From the sequence record MK372342: DNA of 46,553 nt. The stretch is one strand, 5' to 3'. The stretch is from Escherichia phage vB_EcoS_IME542. Every line of letters starts with the position of its first letter. Position 1 is the stretch's first letter. A program made the translations under genes and the position numbers. Under the pieces are notes generated by a model. That model was not told where the DNA came from. It saw nothing but the letters and a program-made list of their open reading frames with translations, and made no database searches. Below, in pieces: positions 34,591 to 44,048 of this stretch.

Positions 34591-35349
34591 ATGTTAAGTT
34601 CAAAGGTTAAACTGGAAATTTTCCAGCACGCAAAGGAAGTTTACCCGCATGAGTGCTGTGGAGTTGTTACGCAGAAGGGTCGTGCGCAGAAGTATCATAG
34701 AATAACCAATGTCAGCAAAGACCCTGAAAATGAGTTTGTACTTGATTCAAATGAGTATGCCGACATTGCATTTAATCTGGTTGATAACGAGTCAATTGTT
34801 TACGTAGTTCACTCCCACACTGGTGATGGTGCGACAACAAGACCTAGCCCAGCGGATATCTGTAGCTGCAACGAGTGCGAGATCCCTTATGTTATCGTCA
34901 GTATTCCAGAAGGAGACATGAGGATACTTGAACCATCAACAATGCCACTAATTGGTCGACCGTGGGGTTTGGGTAGCTTTGATTGCTGGGAGTTAGTCAT
35001 GGGATTTCACAAAAAATACAGCGTCAAACTAAACGACTACCGAGTTAATTACCCGTGGTGGGAGAAGAGGTACGGGGAAAATATCTATGACGACAACTGG
35101 GTTAAGGAAGGTTTTGAGCTAGTAAAAACTTCAGATATTCCAATTGGCTCAATGATCATGATGCAAGTGCAAAGCGAGGTTACTAACCACGCAGGAATCT
35201 ACATTGGCAACAACAGATTCATACATCACCTTTATGGTAAAATGAGTTCTGTAGATATTTATTCCGATTACTGGCGCGAGCGAACTGTTCGCATTGTTCG
35301 CCATAAGGATTTACCAGAGGATGTAATTTATGACCCAGAAACTGATTGA
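34591..35349 (+). CDS. tail assembly protein, lambda gpK-like (JAB/MPN metalloprotease-like plus NlpC/P60-like domains)
   Basis: HSHTGDGATTRPSPAD (H-x-H...S..D) and later Cys (FDCWELV) and His (NHAGIYI); ATG 34591 preferred. Confidence 0.7.
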   Translation: MLSSKVKLEIFQHAKEVYPHECCGVVTQKGRAQKYHRITNVSKDPENEFVLDSNEYADIAFNLVDNESIVYVVHSHTGDGATTRPSPADICSCNECEIPYVIVSIPEGDMRILEPSTMPLIGRPWGLGSFDCWELVMGFHKKYSVKLNDYRVNYPWWEKRYGENIYDDNWVKEGFELVKTSDIPIGSMIMMQVQSEVTNHAGIYIGNNRFIHHLYGKMSSVDIYSDYWRERTVRIVRHKDLPEDVIYDPETD

Positions 35350-35902
35350 TATTAAGTTAGGCCTATCTCTAGGTCGCAAGTTTGGCAAGGTTCACCAAAT
35401 GGCAGTAAACAGTGTGCCTGAGGCAATGAGGGCGCTTTGTTCTCAGATTCCAGCCTTCAAGGAGTTCATGAATAGCCATGTGGGGCAAAACACCAGGTAT
35501 GCAATTTTTGTGGATGGTAGAAATGTTAATGAGCATAGAGTTGCTGATTTTAGCGCCGTTCAGGAGATACGCATTCTTCCAGTTCCGCAGGGTCGTAAGT
35601 CTGGTGGGTTATTTCAGACAATACTAGGTGCCGCGCTTATTACAGTTGGCATCTTCACTGGGCAGGTTTACTTGATTGGCGCTGGTGTTTCTCTGGCTGC
35701 TGGCGGCATTGCCCAGCTTCTTTCACCTCAAGCTACCGGATTAAAAGACCAAAGTAACCAGACAAGCAATAGAGCTTCTTACGCATTCGGCTCTGCTGTA
35801 AACACGGTAGCGGCTGGTTATCCAGTTTGCCTTCCATATGGTTATAGAACGGTTGGCGGCTCCGTGTTTAGTGCGGGAAGCTATTCTGAAGACAATGCTT
35901 AA
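35330..35902 (+). CDS. tail assembly protein, lambda gpI-like
   Basis: 190 aa with C-terminal hydrophobic segment; between K-like and J-like genes. Confidence 0.55.
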   Translation: MTQKLIDIKLGLSLGRKFGKVHQMAVNSVPEAMRALCSQIPAFKEFMNSHVGQNTRYAIFVDGRNVNEHRVADFSAVQEIRILPVPQGRKSGGLFQTILGAALITVGIFTGQVYLIGAGVSLAAGGIAQLLSPQATGLKDQSNQTSNRASYAFGSAVNTVAAGYPVCLPYGYRTVGGSVFSAGSYSEDNA

Positions 35903-35908
35903 ATATCA

Positions 35909-35933
35909 TACCCGCCTAGTGCGGGTTTTTTAT
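35909..35933 (+). terminator. rho-independent terminator-like hairpin
   Basis: CCCGC-ctagt-GCGGG followed by TTTTTT. Confidence 0.6.
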
Positions 35934-35943
35934 TTAGTGTAGA

Positions 35944-38900
35944 ATGGCACAAATGATCAAAACAAACATGAGGCTTTGTGATATGGCTGAAGAAATTAAG
36001 ATTTATGGTGCCAAAGGCGGTAGCCAGAAGCAGCATCAACCAGTGGAGCAGGAAGATAACCTAATTTCACTTAACAAGGTTAAGGTATTACTTGCGGTTG
36101 CTGACGGAGAGGTGGACCCTAACTTCTCATTGAAGGATTTATACCTTGCTGATGTTCCAGTGCAAAATCAGAATGGCACCTACAACTATGAAGGTGTTCG
36201 CGCCGAGTTTCGCGCTGGTACGCAATATCAGGACTATATCGCTGGGCTTGACGGTGCGAACTCAGAGATTCAGGCTTCCAGGGAAATTACGAACGATACC
36301 CCGTACATCATTGCGGTTAATAACAGCCAGCTTTCGGCGATTCGAGTTAAACTCTTTTGGCCTCGACTGATCAAACAAGAAAGTAACGGAGACCTGAATG
36401 GCACAACTTGCGAGTATGCAATTGACTTGTCAGTTAATGGTGGGGCATATCAGCAATATACTCGCGGAGTTGCAAACGGGAAAACAACAACTGGTTACGA
36501 CCGTAGCATACGTGTAAACCTTCCCGCTGAATTTGATAGTGCGCTGGTTCGCATCCGTAAGATTACAGCAGACTCAACAAGTAGCACGCTGGTTAATGGA
36601 ATGCAGATTACAACCTATCAGGAAGTAATTGACGCTAAATTCCGCTATCCGCTTACTGCTCTGGTTTACGTTGAGTTCGGCTCTGACCTGTTCCCTAACG
36701 GAATCCCAACAATCTCTATCAAGAAGCGATGGAAGTTAATTCAGGTCCCAACAAACTATAACCCTGAAAGCAGAACTTACAGCGGCACATGGAATGGTTT
36801 ATTTAAAATGGCGTGGTCAAATAACCCAGCATGGGTTCTTTATGACTTAGTGACAAACCGCAGATATGGACTTGACCAGCGAGAGTTAGGTGTAGAGATT
36901 GATAAGTGGGGCTTGTATGAAGCTGCACAATTCTGCGACCAGATGGTTCCAGATGGTAAAGGTGGAATGGAACCTCGTTATCTTTGCGATATGGTTGTAC
37001 AGAATAAGGTTGAGGCATACACACTAATTCGTGATGTCTGCTCAATATTCCGCGGCCTGACATTCTATGATGGCGAAAAGATTGGCATCGTAGTTGATAA
37101 GCCTCGCAATCCATCTTACATCTTCACGAACGATAACGTTGTAAATGGATTATTCAGCCGCACATTCGCTAGCGAAAAGAGTCTTTACACTACTGCGAAC
37201 GTACAGTTTGATGATGTGGAGAATAACTATCAGCAAGATGTAGAGCCGGTATTTGAATTAGAGGCAACCCGCCGCTTTGGATTTAACCCTGTTGATTTAA
37301 CTGCTATTGGCTGCACTCGCAGAAGTGAAGCAAACAGGCGCGGAAGATGGCTTCTAAAAACCAACCTGAGAAGCGAAACTATCAGCTTCACAACTGGGTT
37401 AGAAGGTATGATTCCGATGATTGGCGAGGTTATTGCGGTTAATGACGCAGCATGGTCGAGCAACTATCAGTTAAACCTTTCTGGTCGAATCGAATCTGTG
37501 CAAGGATTGCAGGTTTTTACTCCGTTTAAAGTTGATGCAGCACCTGGTGACAGAATCCTGCTTAACAAACCGGACGGTAGCCCAGAGGCTAGAACTATCG
37601 CAAGCGTATCTGAAGATGGTAGAACTATTAACCTGAACACGGCGTTCAGTTTTGTAGCTCAGCAAGATACTGTTTTCGCAATCGACAAGGACAATCTGGC
37701 ACTTCAGCAATATGTTGTGACTGGTATTCAAAAAGCAGATACTGATGGTCAGGACTCGTTCCAGTACACAATTACTGCTGTTGAGTACGACCCGAACAAA
37801 TATGACGAGATTGACTACGGAGTTAACATTATAGACCGCCCTACTTCAATTGTAGAACCTGACAGATTGTCGCCACCTGAGAACTTAACAGTATCAAGCT
37901 ACAGCAAGGTTGTTCAGGGTTTATCGGTTGAGACGATGGTAATAGGGTGGGACAAAGCGCCATACGCTAAAACATACAATGTTCAGTGGAGGAAAGAGAA
38001 TGGTAACTGGATTAACGTACCCAGAACAGCTAGCACAGAAGTTGATATTGAAGGTATTTACGCAGGAATCTATGACGTTAGGGTTCGCAGCGTATCAGAT
38101 ACTGAAAACGTCTCTGCCTGGTCTGATATTGTAACTGTATCGCTAACTGGCAAGATTGGTCGCCCATCTGCGCCAACCGTTATTACTGCTTCAACTGATG
38201 AGGTGTTTGGCATTCGTGTTAAATGGGGATTCCCTGAAGGCTCAGGCGACACAGCTTACACTGAACTTCAGCAAGTTGCTGATAACGGTGACGGTACTTA
38301 CAACCCTGATAACGCGAGCTTGCTGACGCTGCTTCCTTATCCAGCCTATGAATACTGGCACACGCCAATTCAGCCAGGCAAGGTTATCTGGTATCGTGCA
38401 AGATTAATTGACAGAATCGGCAACACCTCTGACTGGTCTGATTTCGCTAGAGGTATGAGCACTGACGATGCCAACATTATCAACGAATATATCAAAGTTG
38501 ACATTGAAGGTTCGGAAGGATTCAAATATCTCGAACAGAATGCGATTCAAAAGAATCAGGACATTCAGAATCAGGCTGAGGCAATCATCGAGAACGCATT
38601 AGCAAATGACACTGATGTTCGCCGCATGACAAAGGAGAATGGTGCCAGAAAGGCTGAATACGTTCAGGCGGTGAATCTTATTGCTGATGAAACTCAGGCG
38701 CGCGTAGAGGCTCTCACGCAGCTTAAAGCGCAGATTGATGGTGAGGTTGTAGCTTCCATAACTGAGGTTCAGACGGCACTAGCCACCGAAACAGAAGCAA
38801 GGACCACTGCCGATACTGCTTTGAGAGCTCAGCTTGGAGATACTCAGGCTGCACTTAATGAAAAACTTGACTCATGGGTTGATGCGGAATCCGCTGGCGC

Positions 38901-39372
38901 TCAGTACGGTGTTAAGTTAGGTCTAAAATATAATGGGGTTGAGTATAGCGCAGGGATGAGCATGGAGCTTGTTGGCAGTGGTACTGGCGTTAAGAGTCAG
39001 TTCATCTTTGACGCAAACAGATTCGCTATCAGTAACGGGATTGGATCTGGTTCCGGTCAGTGGTCATTGCCTTTTGTTGTTGAGAGCAACCAGGTGTTCA
39101 TCCAGAGCGCCGTGATCAAGGATGGATCAATCACTAATGCCAAGATTGGTAACAGAATTCAATCAAATAACTACGTTCAAGGAAGTCAGGGGTGGGCTAT
39201 TGATAAATCTGGTTTTGCTGAACTAAGTAATGCCACCGTTAGAGGAAGCCTTTACGCTAACAATGGTAACTTCGCGTTTAACGGAACAGGCAACACTGTT
39301 CAGATTAACGGTAACGGAATCACTGTTAACCTACCAGGTGGAGGAATGGTTGTAGTTGGAGTATGGAGTTAA
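35944..39372 (+). CDS. central tail fiber / host specificity protein, lambda gpJ-like
   Basis: 1142 aa; recognisable gpJ segments (SGTWNGLFKMAWSNNPAWVLYDLVTNRRYG, IDKWGLYEAAQFCDQMVPDGKGGMEPRY, RRGRWLLKTNL). Confidence 0.85.
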   Translation: MAQMIKTNMRLCDMAEEIKIYGAKGGSQKQHQPVEQEDNLISLNKVKVLLAVADGEVDPNFSLKDLYLADVPVQNQNGTYNYEGVRAEFRAGTQYQDYIAGLDGANSEIQASREITNDTPYIIAVNNSQLSAIRVKLFWPRLIKQESNGDLNGTTCEYAIDLSVNGGAYQQYTRGVANGKTTTGYDRSIRVNLPAEFDSALVRIRKITADSTSSTLVNGMQITTYQEVIDAKFRYPLTALVYVEFGSDLFPNGIPTISIKKRWKLIQVPTNYNPESRTYSGTWNGLFKMAWSNNPAWVLYDLVTNRRYGLDQRELGVEIDKWGLYEAAQFCDQMVPDGKGGMEPRYLCDMVVQNKVEAYTLIRDVCSIFRGLTFYDGEKIGIVVDKPRNPSYIFTNDNVVNGLFSRTFASEKSLYTTANVQFDDVENNYQQDVEPVFELEATRRFGFNPVDLTAIGCTRRSEANRRGRWLLKTNLRSETISFTTGLEGMIPMIGEVIAVNDAAWSSNYQLNLSGRIESVQGLQVFTPFKVDAAPGDRILLNKPDGSPEARTIASVSEDGRTINLNTAFSFVAQQDTVFAIDKDNLALQQYVVTGIQKADTDGQDSFQYTITAVEYDPNKYDEIDYGVNIIDRPTSIVEPDRLSPPENLTVSSYSKVVQGLSVETMVIGWDKAPYAKTYNVQWRKENGNWINVPRTASTEVDIEGIYAGIYDVRVRSVSDTENVSAWSDIVTVSLTGKIGRPSAPTVITASTDEVFGIRVKWGFPEGSGDTAYTELQQVADNGDGTYNPDNASLLTLLPYPAYEYWHTPIQPGKVIWYRARLIDRIGNTSDWSDFARGMSTDDANIINEYIKVDIEGSEGFKYLEQNAIQKNQDIQNQAEAIIENALANDTDVRRMTKENGARKAEYVQAVNLIADETQARVEALTQLKAQIDGEVVASITEVQTALATETEARTTADTALRAQLGDTQAALNEKLDSWVDAESAGAQYGVKLGLKYNGVEYSAGMSMELVGSGTGVKSQFIFDANRFAISNGIGSGSGQWSLPFVVESNQVFIQSAVIKDGSITNAKIGNRIQSNNYVQGSQGWAIDKSGFAELSNATVRGSLYANNGNFAFNGTGNTVQINGNGITVNLPGGGMVVVGVWS

Positions 39373-39377
39373 AATAT

Positions 39378-39400
39378 AGCCCCCTTCTGGGGGCTTTTTT
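39378..39400. terminator. terminator hairpin between convergent J gene and minus-strand RBP gene
   Basis: AGCCCCC-ttct-GGGGGCT followed by TTTTTT. Confidence 0.65.
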
Positions 39401-40370
39401 AGTACATGTTTGGTATGTACGGTAACCGCATTGAGATGTTGGTGTTGAATGGGAACCGCGCGCCAGACTGCGTTGAGTAGTTACCATAAACACTTCCTTT
39501 ATGCGCCCTAACCTGACCATTTGACATTGCAACGCCCTTGTATCTAAGGTTGTTGTATCTACCAGTAACCTCAACCATCGCGCCGCACCTTAGTATTGGG
39601 AAAAACCCATTACCTATTGATTGGTATGAGTTGGAAAGCTGGAGGAATCCACTTAGTACAAAAGGTCGCTTGACGCTGGAAAACACTATCTGGCCAGAGG
39701 CGTTTGACATTGTTAAACCAGGCCCTGCGGTTGGTGCTGTATTGTTGAATATAACAAGATCGATAGTTACTGATGCTGATACATTATCAATTCCTGTGTA
39801 GGTATTGTTTCTACATAGTATTCTTTTCCCGTCAAACTCAAGGGTGACATTTGGGTTATTCCACCTTCCAAACGGTATTCCAGTCATCGGGAGTGTATAG
39901 CTTCCATTCACAGTCACAGTTCCGACATACTGAGCAGTCAGGAGTCTACTGTTTGATGTTATTGCAGTGAAGTTAGTCGAATCACTGACAAATATCCCCT
40001 CACTGCCTGGTGATTCACCAAGAACCTCAAAACCTTGCGCACCAAATCCAATCAAACGTCCTGATGAGCCGTTAAAGTTACCTATACTTATCCTTCCAGT
40101 TGAGTTATTGACCCTGGAAAATCCATTCATGAAATAAACCTCAGGTATGAAGTTGAAGTCATAAACGTCAATAGCCTTTGTCGGCAATATGAAGGCCTCA
40201 GATCCTTGAGTCATTGTTAGTCCGAAGTCTCTAGTGCCATTGGCGGAATTAAACGTGGAGTTACTGCTAAGGCTTCCTGTTACTGATGGCGCTCTTAAAC
40301 CTGCAGTTATCTCCATTCTCGGTCTTCCGTCATTCAAGTCTATCAAGATACCCTGAGGCATTATTTCCAC
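39399..40370 (-). CDS. putative receptor-binding protein (antisense, downstream of J)
   Basis: 323 aa Asn/Ser/Thr/Gly-rich protein; co-transcribed with upstream lipoprotein gene; call is by position and composition. Confidence 0.45.
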   Translation of the reverse strand: MEIMPQGILIDLNDGRPRMEITAGLRAPSVTGSLSSNSTFNSANGTRDFGLTMTQGSEAFILPTKAIDVYDFNFIPEVYFMNGFSRVNNSTGRISIGNFNGSSGRLIGFGAQGFEVLGESPGSEGIFVSDSTNFTAITSNSRLLTAQYVGTVTVNGSYTLPMTGIPFGRWNNPNVTLEFDGKRILCRNNTYTGIDNVSASVTIDLVIFNNTAPTAGPGLTMSNASGQIVFSSVKRPFVLSGFLQLSNSYQSIGNGFFPILRCGAMVEVTGRYNNLRYKGVAMSNGQVRAHKGSVYGNYSTQSGARFPFNTNISMRLPYIPNMY

Positions 40371-40591
40371 TCCTTGGTGCCATGATCTTTAACTGATCCA
40401 GAGAAGTTTTTGATACCATCCCAGCGGATATCTGTTTCACCTGAAGCTACAACTACACCTCCTTTCCATTTAGCAACACATGAGCCGTTAACTTCAGTCG
40501 CGCACCAACCGTCAGGTCGGGGTCCGGAAGAACAACCTACAGTCATGATTACTGCTGCCGCGATTATTGCTGATTTGATGAAGTTAGTCAT
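40361..40591 (-). CDS. small lipoprotein, candidate superinfection-exclusion (Cor/Llp-like) protein
   Basis: [22 protein letters not shown] signal peptide with lipobox; 76 aa; AAGGA RBS; boxed promoter upstream. Confidence 0.5.
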   Translation of the reverse strand: MTNFIKSAIIAAAVIMTVGCSSGPRPDGWCATEVNGSCVAKWKGGVVVASGETDIRWDGIKNFSGSVKDHGTKEWK

Positions 40592-40609
40592 TTTGTATTC
40601 CTTAGTGAG

Positions 40610-40675
40610 TGTGTTTCGTTTCGATGGAGTAACTATAGCAAAGGATGATTACGGAGTCTTTAGCTATTCGTGCTA
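40610..40675 (-). promoter_or_regulatory. boxed promoter element (box TAGCAcgaatAGCTA, extended -10 TGcTATAGT, CATCGAAACGAAACAC)
   Basis: Read directly on minus strand. Confidence 0.55.
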
Positions 40676-40752
40676 TTGTATACGCGTAACCGATGTAACT
40701 CGGTGTATACAATCTCGTCCGCGGAAAATGGTATACGCGCTGTTACGCCTAG

Positions 40753-40835
40753 TTACGCATTAGTTACATTAAAATATCTATATATATCAACCTTTTACTC
40801 TTATTATTATTATTATTATATATTACTGTGTATAT
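40753..40835 (+). repeat. copy B of ~85 bp direct repeat with (TTA)5, in second divergent non-coding region; flanked by GTATAC-containing repeats
   Basis: TTACGCATTAGTTACATTAAAATATCTATATATATCAACCTTTTACTC(TTA)n; matches 13550..13635. Confidence 0.7.
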
Positions 40836-40986
40836 CATGTAACTACTTCTATAGAGTGTTCCGGTTATAATTTTAATATCATGTGGATTTATACAGTATT
40901 GCGCGGCAGCTATACCGATGCACCCTTAGCGAGAAACGGTATACACGATATACACACTAGTTACATTAAGCTATATCTGGGCCGAG

Positions 40987-41334
40987 ATGCCAGAAAGCGT
41001 AACCATTGGCAATGTCTACACGAAATTACAAGGATTCACGCGTAAGTATGAGTCAACGATTGGCAAAACCAATTGGACTAGCTACCGTGCCGAATATATA
41101 GTTAACCCATCGAAAGCAAACAACCAGAGAGATAGAGAAATGACCTACTACATTATCAAAGAGAAAAACAACGCACTGTTCGGCGATTGCTACTTTGGTG
41201 GCCCTGCTGGATACACAACGGATAAAAACGAGGCTGACAGATTCGAGACCAAAGAAGAAGCCCGCGATGTTCTGACCGGGTGCTTCACTGAAGAAGATTT
41301 GAAATCTGTTAAGGTAGTTAAGGTTAAGGAATAA
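40987..41334 (+). CDS. hypothetical protein (alternative start ATG 41140 with purine-rich RBS)
   Basis: 115 aa ORF; no good RBS at 40987. Confidence 0.4.
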   Translation: MPESVTIGNVYTKLQGFTRKYESTIGKTNWTSYRAEYIVNPSKANNQRDREMTYYIIKEKNNALFGDCYFGGPAGYTTDKNEADRFETKEEARDVLTGCFTEEDLKSVKVVKVKE

Positions 41335-41337
41335 AAT

Positions 41338-42309
41338 ATGGGCTTTAAAGTTTTTACGCGAGAGGAGTTAAGCAGCGAGTCTTACCACTCTGAGACTGAT
41401 CACATCTCTGGCAGTTCACTTGTCGAGATTATCCAGGGTTCTCCAGCTAAGTGGAAGTTCAAGCAGCGAAACAATGATAGTAAGGCGCTTAAGTTTGGCA
41501 CTTTATCTCACTGTATGATTCTAGAACAAGATGTGTTCGATAAAGAGTACTTGCGAGCAACCGACCTTGATGCGATTGATGGTTTAATTACAAGTCAGAC
41601 AGCATTATCGGCAGCACTTAAAAAAGTTGGTGTAGCTGGCACGTCAGGGAAGGGGTATAGCGAGCTTGTAGAGATGATGTATCGCTCTGGTGAGGATTGG
41701 AGTGTTAAATGGTTAATTGAGCAGCAGGAGAGCGCCCAAGCGCTTGTGGAGGGTAAGGAGCTGGTTAGCGCAGCAGACTATGACGAAGTGGTCGCCATGC
41801 GTGAGGTTCTTTGCAATATTCCGGCATATAATAAAATCGTGAATAGCGAAACGGCGCAGAAAGAGTTATCAATATTTGGTGAGATTCTCGGTGTAGGAGT
41901 GAAGATTCGAATAGACCACGTAGATGTAATTGATGGAGTTGTATGCATTACAGACCTGAAGACGACAGCCAGCGCATCACCTCAGGAGTTTGGGAGGCTT
42001 GCATTCAAGCACGGGTATCTCGCAAAAATGGCCCTTCAGCACGATGTTTTCGTCAGGGCTTTTAACGAGAAAAGAAGAACAAAAGTAAGGTTACTTGCAA
42101 TCGAGAAAGAGGCACCTTACTTACCAATGCTTTACAATATTACAGAAGAGCAACTGAAGGTTGGTCGTAGAATGTATCTAGAGGCCCTTGCAACTTACAA
42201 GAAGTGCAAAGAGAATGATGTGTGGCCCGGATATGCGATGGGTGCAACAGAGATTGATTTAGATGTACCTGAGTGGGATATGAGGAAATACAGAGATGAA
42301 CTGGTCTGA
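41338..42309 (+). CDS. recombination exonuclease, PD-(D/E)XK type (putative)
   Basis: IDHVDVIDGVVCITDLKTT resembles D...(D/E)xK nuclease core; located next to Erf-like and SSB genes. Confidence 0.5.
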   Translation: MGFKVFTREELSSESYHSETDHISGSSLVEIIQGSPAKWKFKQRNNDSKALKFGTLSHCMILEQDVFDKEYLRATDLDAIDGLITSQTALSAALKKVGVAGTSGKGYSELVEMMYRSGEDWSVKWLIEQQESAQALVEGKELVSAADYDEVVAMREVLCNIPAYNKIVNSETAQKELSIFGEILGVGVKIRIDHVDVIDGVVCITDLKTTASASPQEFGRLAFKHGYLAKMALQHDVFVRAFNEKRRTKVRLLAIEKEAPYLPMLYNITEEQLKVGRRMYLEALATYKKCKENDVWPGYAMGATEIDLDVPEWDMRKYRDELV

Positions 42310-42787
42310 AATTTTTGATTACGATGGGGTTAATTTGATATGGAAGATAATGAGCGGAACTAGAGGTTGCATTGGTAAAGTTGCTGGAAATGTAAGTAAG
42401 ACTAACGGTTATGTAAGGTTGAGGTACGATGGCAGGGAGCACAAGGTTCACAGAATTATATTGGATATCGTAAATGGTAAAATACCTAGTGGTTTATTTG
42501 TTGATCACATAAATCACATTAGAAATGATAACAGGATTGAGAACTTGCGATTGGTGAATAGGCAAGGAAATGCCATGAATCAGTCATTGAGAAAAACAAA
42601 CAAAACCGGAGTTCTGGGTGTTAGTTGGGTGCCAAGGCTATCAAAATATGTAGCAAGAATGGGTGTGGATGGTTACGAGTATCACATTGGGTGTTTTGAC
42701 TCAATCGAGGAAGCCGCTAGAGCAAGAAAAAGCGAAGAGGTTAAGTTGGGATTTCATAGAAATCACGGAAATAGCACAAATTGCTAA
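42296..42787 (+). CDS. HNH homing endonuclease, paralog 4 of 5
   Basis: MNWSEIFDYDGVNLIWKIM..., VDHINHIRNDNRIENLRLVN, C-terminal GFHRNHGN; overlaps end of exonuclease gene by 14 nt. Confidence 0.85.
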   Translation: MNWSEIFDYDGVNLIWKIMSGTRGCIGKVAGNVSKTNGYVRLRYDGREHKVHRIILDIVNGKIPSGLFVDHINHIRNDNRIENLRLVNRQGNAMNQSLRKTNKTGVLGVSWVPRLSKYVARMGVDGYEYHIGCFDSIEEAARARKSEEVKLGFHRNHGNSTNC

Positions 42788-42843
42788 AACAACAATGGAT
42801 AGCTCAGGTATAGTTATCCCATCAAAAACGAACGAGGTTAAAG

Positions 42844-43494
42844 ATGCAAATTTCAGAATCATGCAAATCAATTTTAAACGCGCTACACACTGCAAAAGCA
42901 ATGTTTGCAAAGGCTGAGCGCTCTAAGCAGAACTCGCACCTTAAAAACAAGTATGCAACCTTAGATGATGTTTTAGCAGCCGTTGAGCCTGGTTTGGATG
43001 AGTGTGGTTTGGTTATGTTTCAAAGCGTCCTAGATGACGAGCAAACTAATAGAATGAAGGTTGAGACAAAGCTATTTCATGCTGAGTCAGGAGAGTGGGT
43101 TAGCTTCTTAATGATTGTCCCAATCAGCAAGAATGACGCTCAAGGTTACGGCTCTGCTCTTACATATGCTAGACGCTACGGCATTACAGCAGCTTTAGGT
43201 CTTAGTCAGGCAGATGACGATGGCAATCTCGCAGCTAAAGGTGTTAAAGACTTCAAGCGCGAGCTAGAGAAGTGCAACACGCTTGATGAGTTACGTAAAG
43301 TCTGGAAAGAGGCCAAGCAATCACTAGACGCGGCGGGATGGAAGGTTTTCGAACCTCACATTATCGAGCGCAAGGCAGAGATTGAAGCCAATGCAGCAAC
43401 TGGATTCAACCCAGCAACACCAAAGAAAGTTGCAGAAAAAAGTGGTGCTGACGAAAAGGTTGAAGTAGAATCACAACAAATCGACACATTCTAA
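42844..43494 (+). CDS. erf: Erf-like single-strand annealing protein
   Basis: KNKYATLDDVL and GYGSALTYARRYGITAALGL parallel P22 Erf KYKYRSCEDIL and GATSSYARKYCLNGLFGI. Confidence 0.65.
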   Translation: MQISESCKSILNALHTAKAMFAKAERSKQNSHLKNKYATLDDVLAAVEPGLDECGLVMFQSVLDDEQTNRMKVETKLFHAESGEWVSFLMIVPISKNDAQGYGSALTYARRYGITAALGLSQADDDGNLAAKGVKDFKRELEKCNTLDELRKVWKEAKQSLDAAGWKVFEPHIIERKAEIEANAATGFNPATPKKVAEKSGADEKVEVESQQIDTF

Positions 43495-43535
43495 ATAAAA
43501 CGGGGCTTATGCCCCAACAAAACAGAGAGAAAAGA

Positions 43536-44048
43536 ATGAATGGTAAGAATTTGAGCTTTGAATACTTATCTAAGTTATTCAAAATAGATTCAGATGGAAA
43601 CCTTTGCAGGAGATTCGCGGTAAAAAAGGCTAAGGCCGGATTAGTTGTAGGAAAGCCGGATCATCTTGGTTATATGTCAATATACCAAGACAATAAAAGA
43701 CTAAAAGTGCATCGCATTGCATATTGCGTTAACTCTGGAGAGGATTTGCTAGGTAGCTTTGAGATTGATCATATTGATGGTAATCCATCAAACAACAACG
43801 TTGCAAATTTAAGGAAATGCAATAGGGTAGAAAACCAACAAAACAGTGGTGCCAATAAAAATAATTCACTTGGATATAAAGGTGTTTGCTTACACAAGAA
43901 AACAGGAAAGTACTTCGGTAGATGGATGTACAATAGAAAGTTTTACTCAACAAAGTATCACCTGCTACCTATAGATGCGTACAATGAGTTGTTGGATATA
44001 AAATCAAAGTTTAAATCCGAATTTATAAACGGAGAGGAAATGAAATGA
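43536..44048 (+). CDS. HNH homing endonuclease, paralog 5 of 5 (divergent)
   Basis: EIDHIDGNPSNNNVANLRKCNRVEN; ATG 43536 with purine-rich RBS preferred over track 43509. Confidence 0.75.
   Translation: MNGKNLSFEYLSKLFKIDSDGNLCRRFAVKKAKAGLVVGKPDHLGYMSIYQDNKRLKVHRIAYCVNSGEDLLGSFEIDHIDGNPSNNNVANLRKCNRVENQQNSGANKNNSLGYKGVCLHKKTGKYFGRWMYNRKFYSTKYHLLPIDAYNELLDIKSKFKSEFINGEEMK

Noticed and set aside
40987-41139. N-terminal 51 codons of ORF 40987..41334 as genuinely translated
   Set aside because: Not rejected outright, but no RBS precedes ATG 40987 while ATG 41140 has a purine-rich RBS, so the short form may be the real gene.
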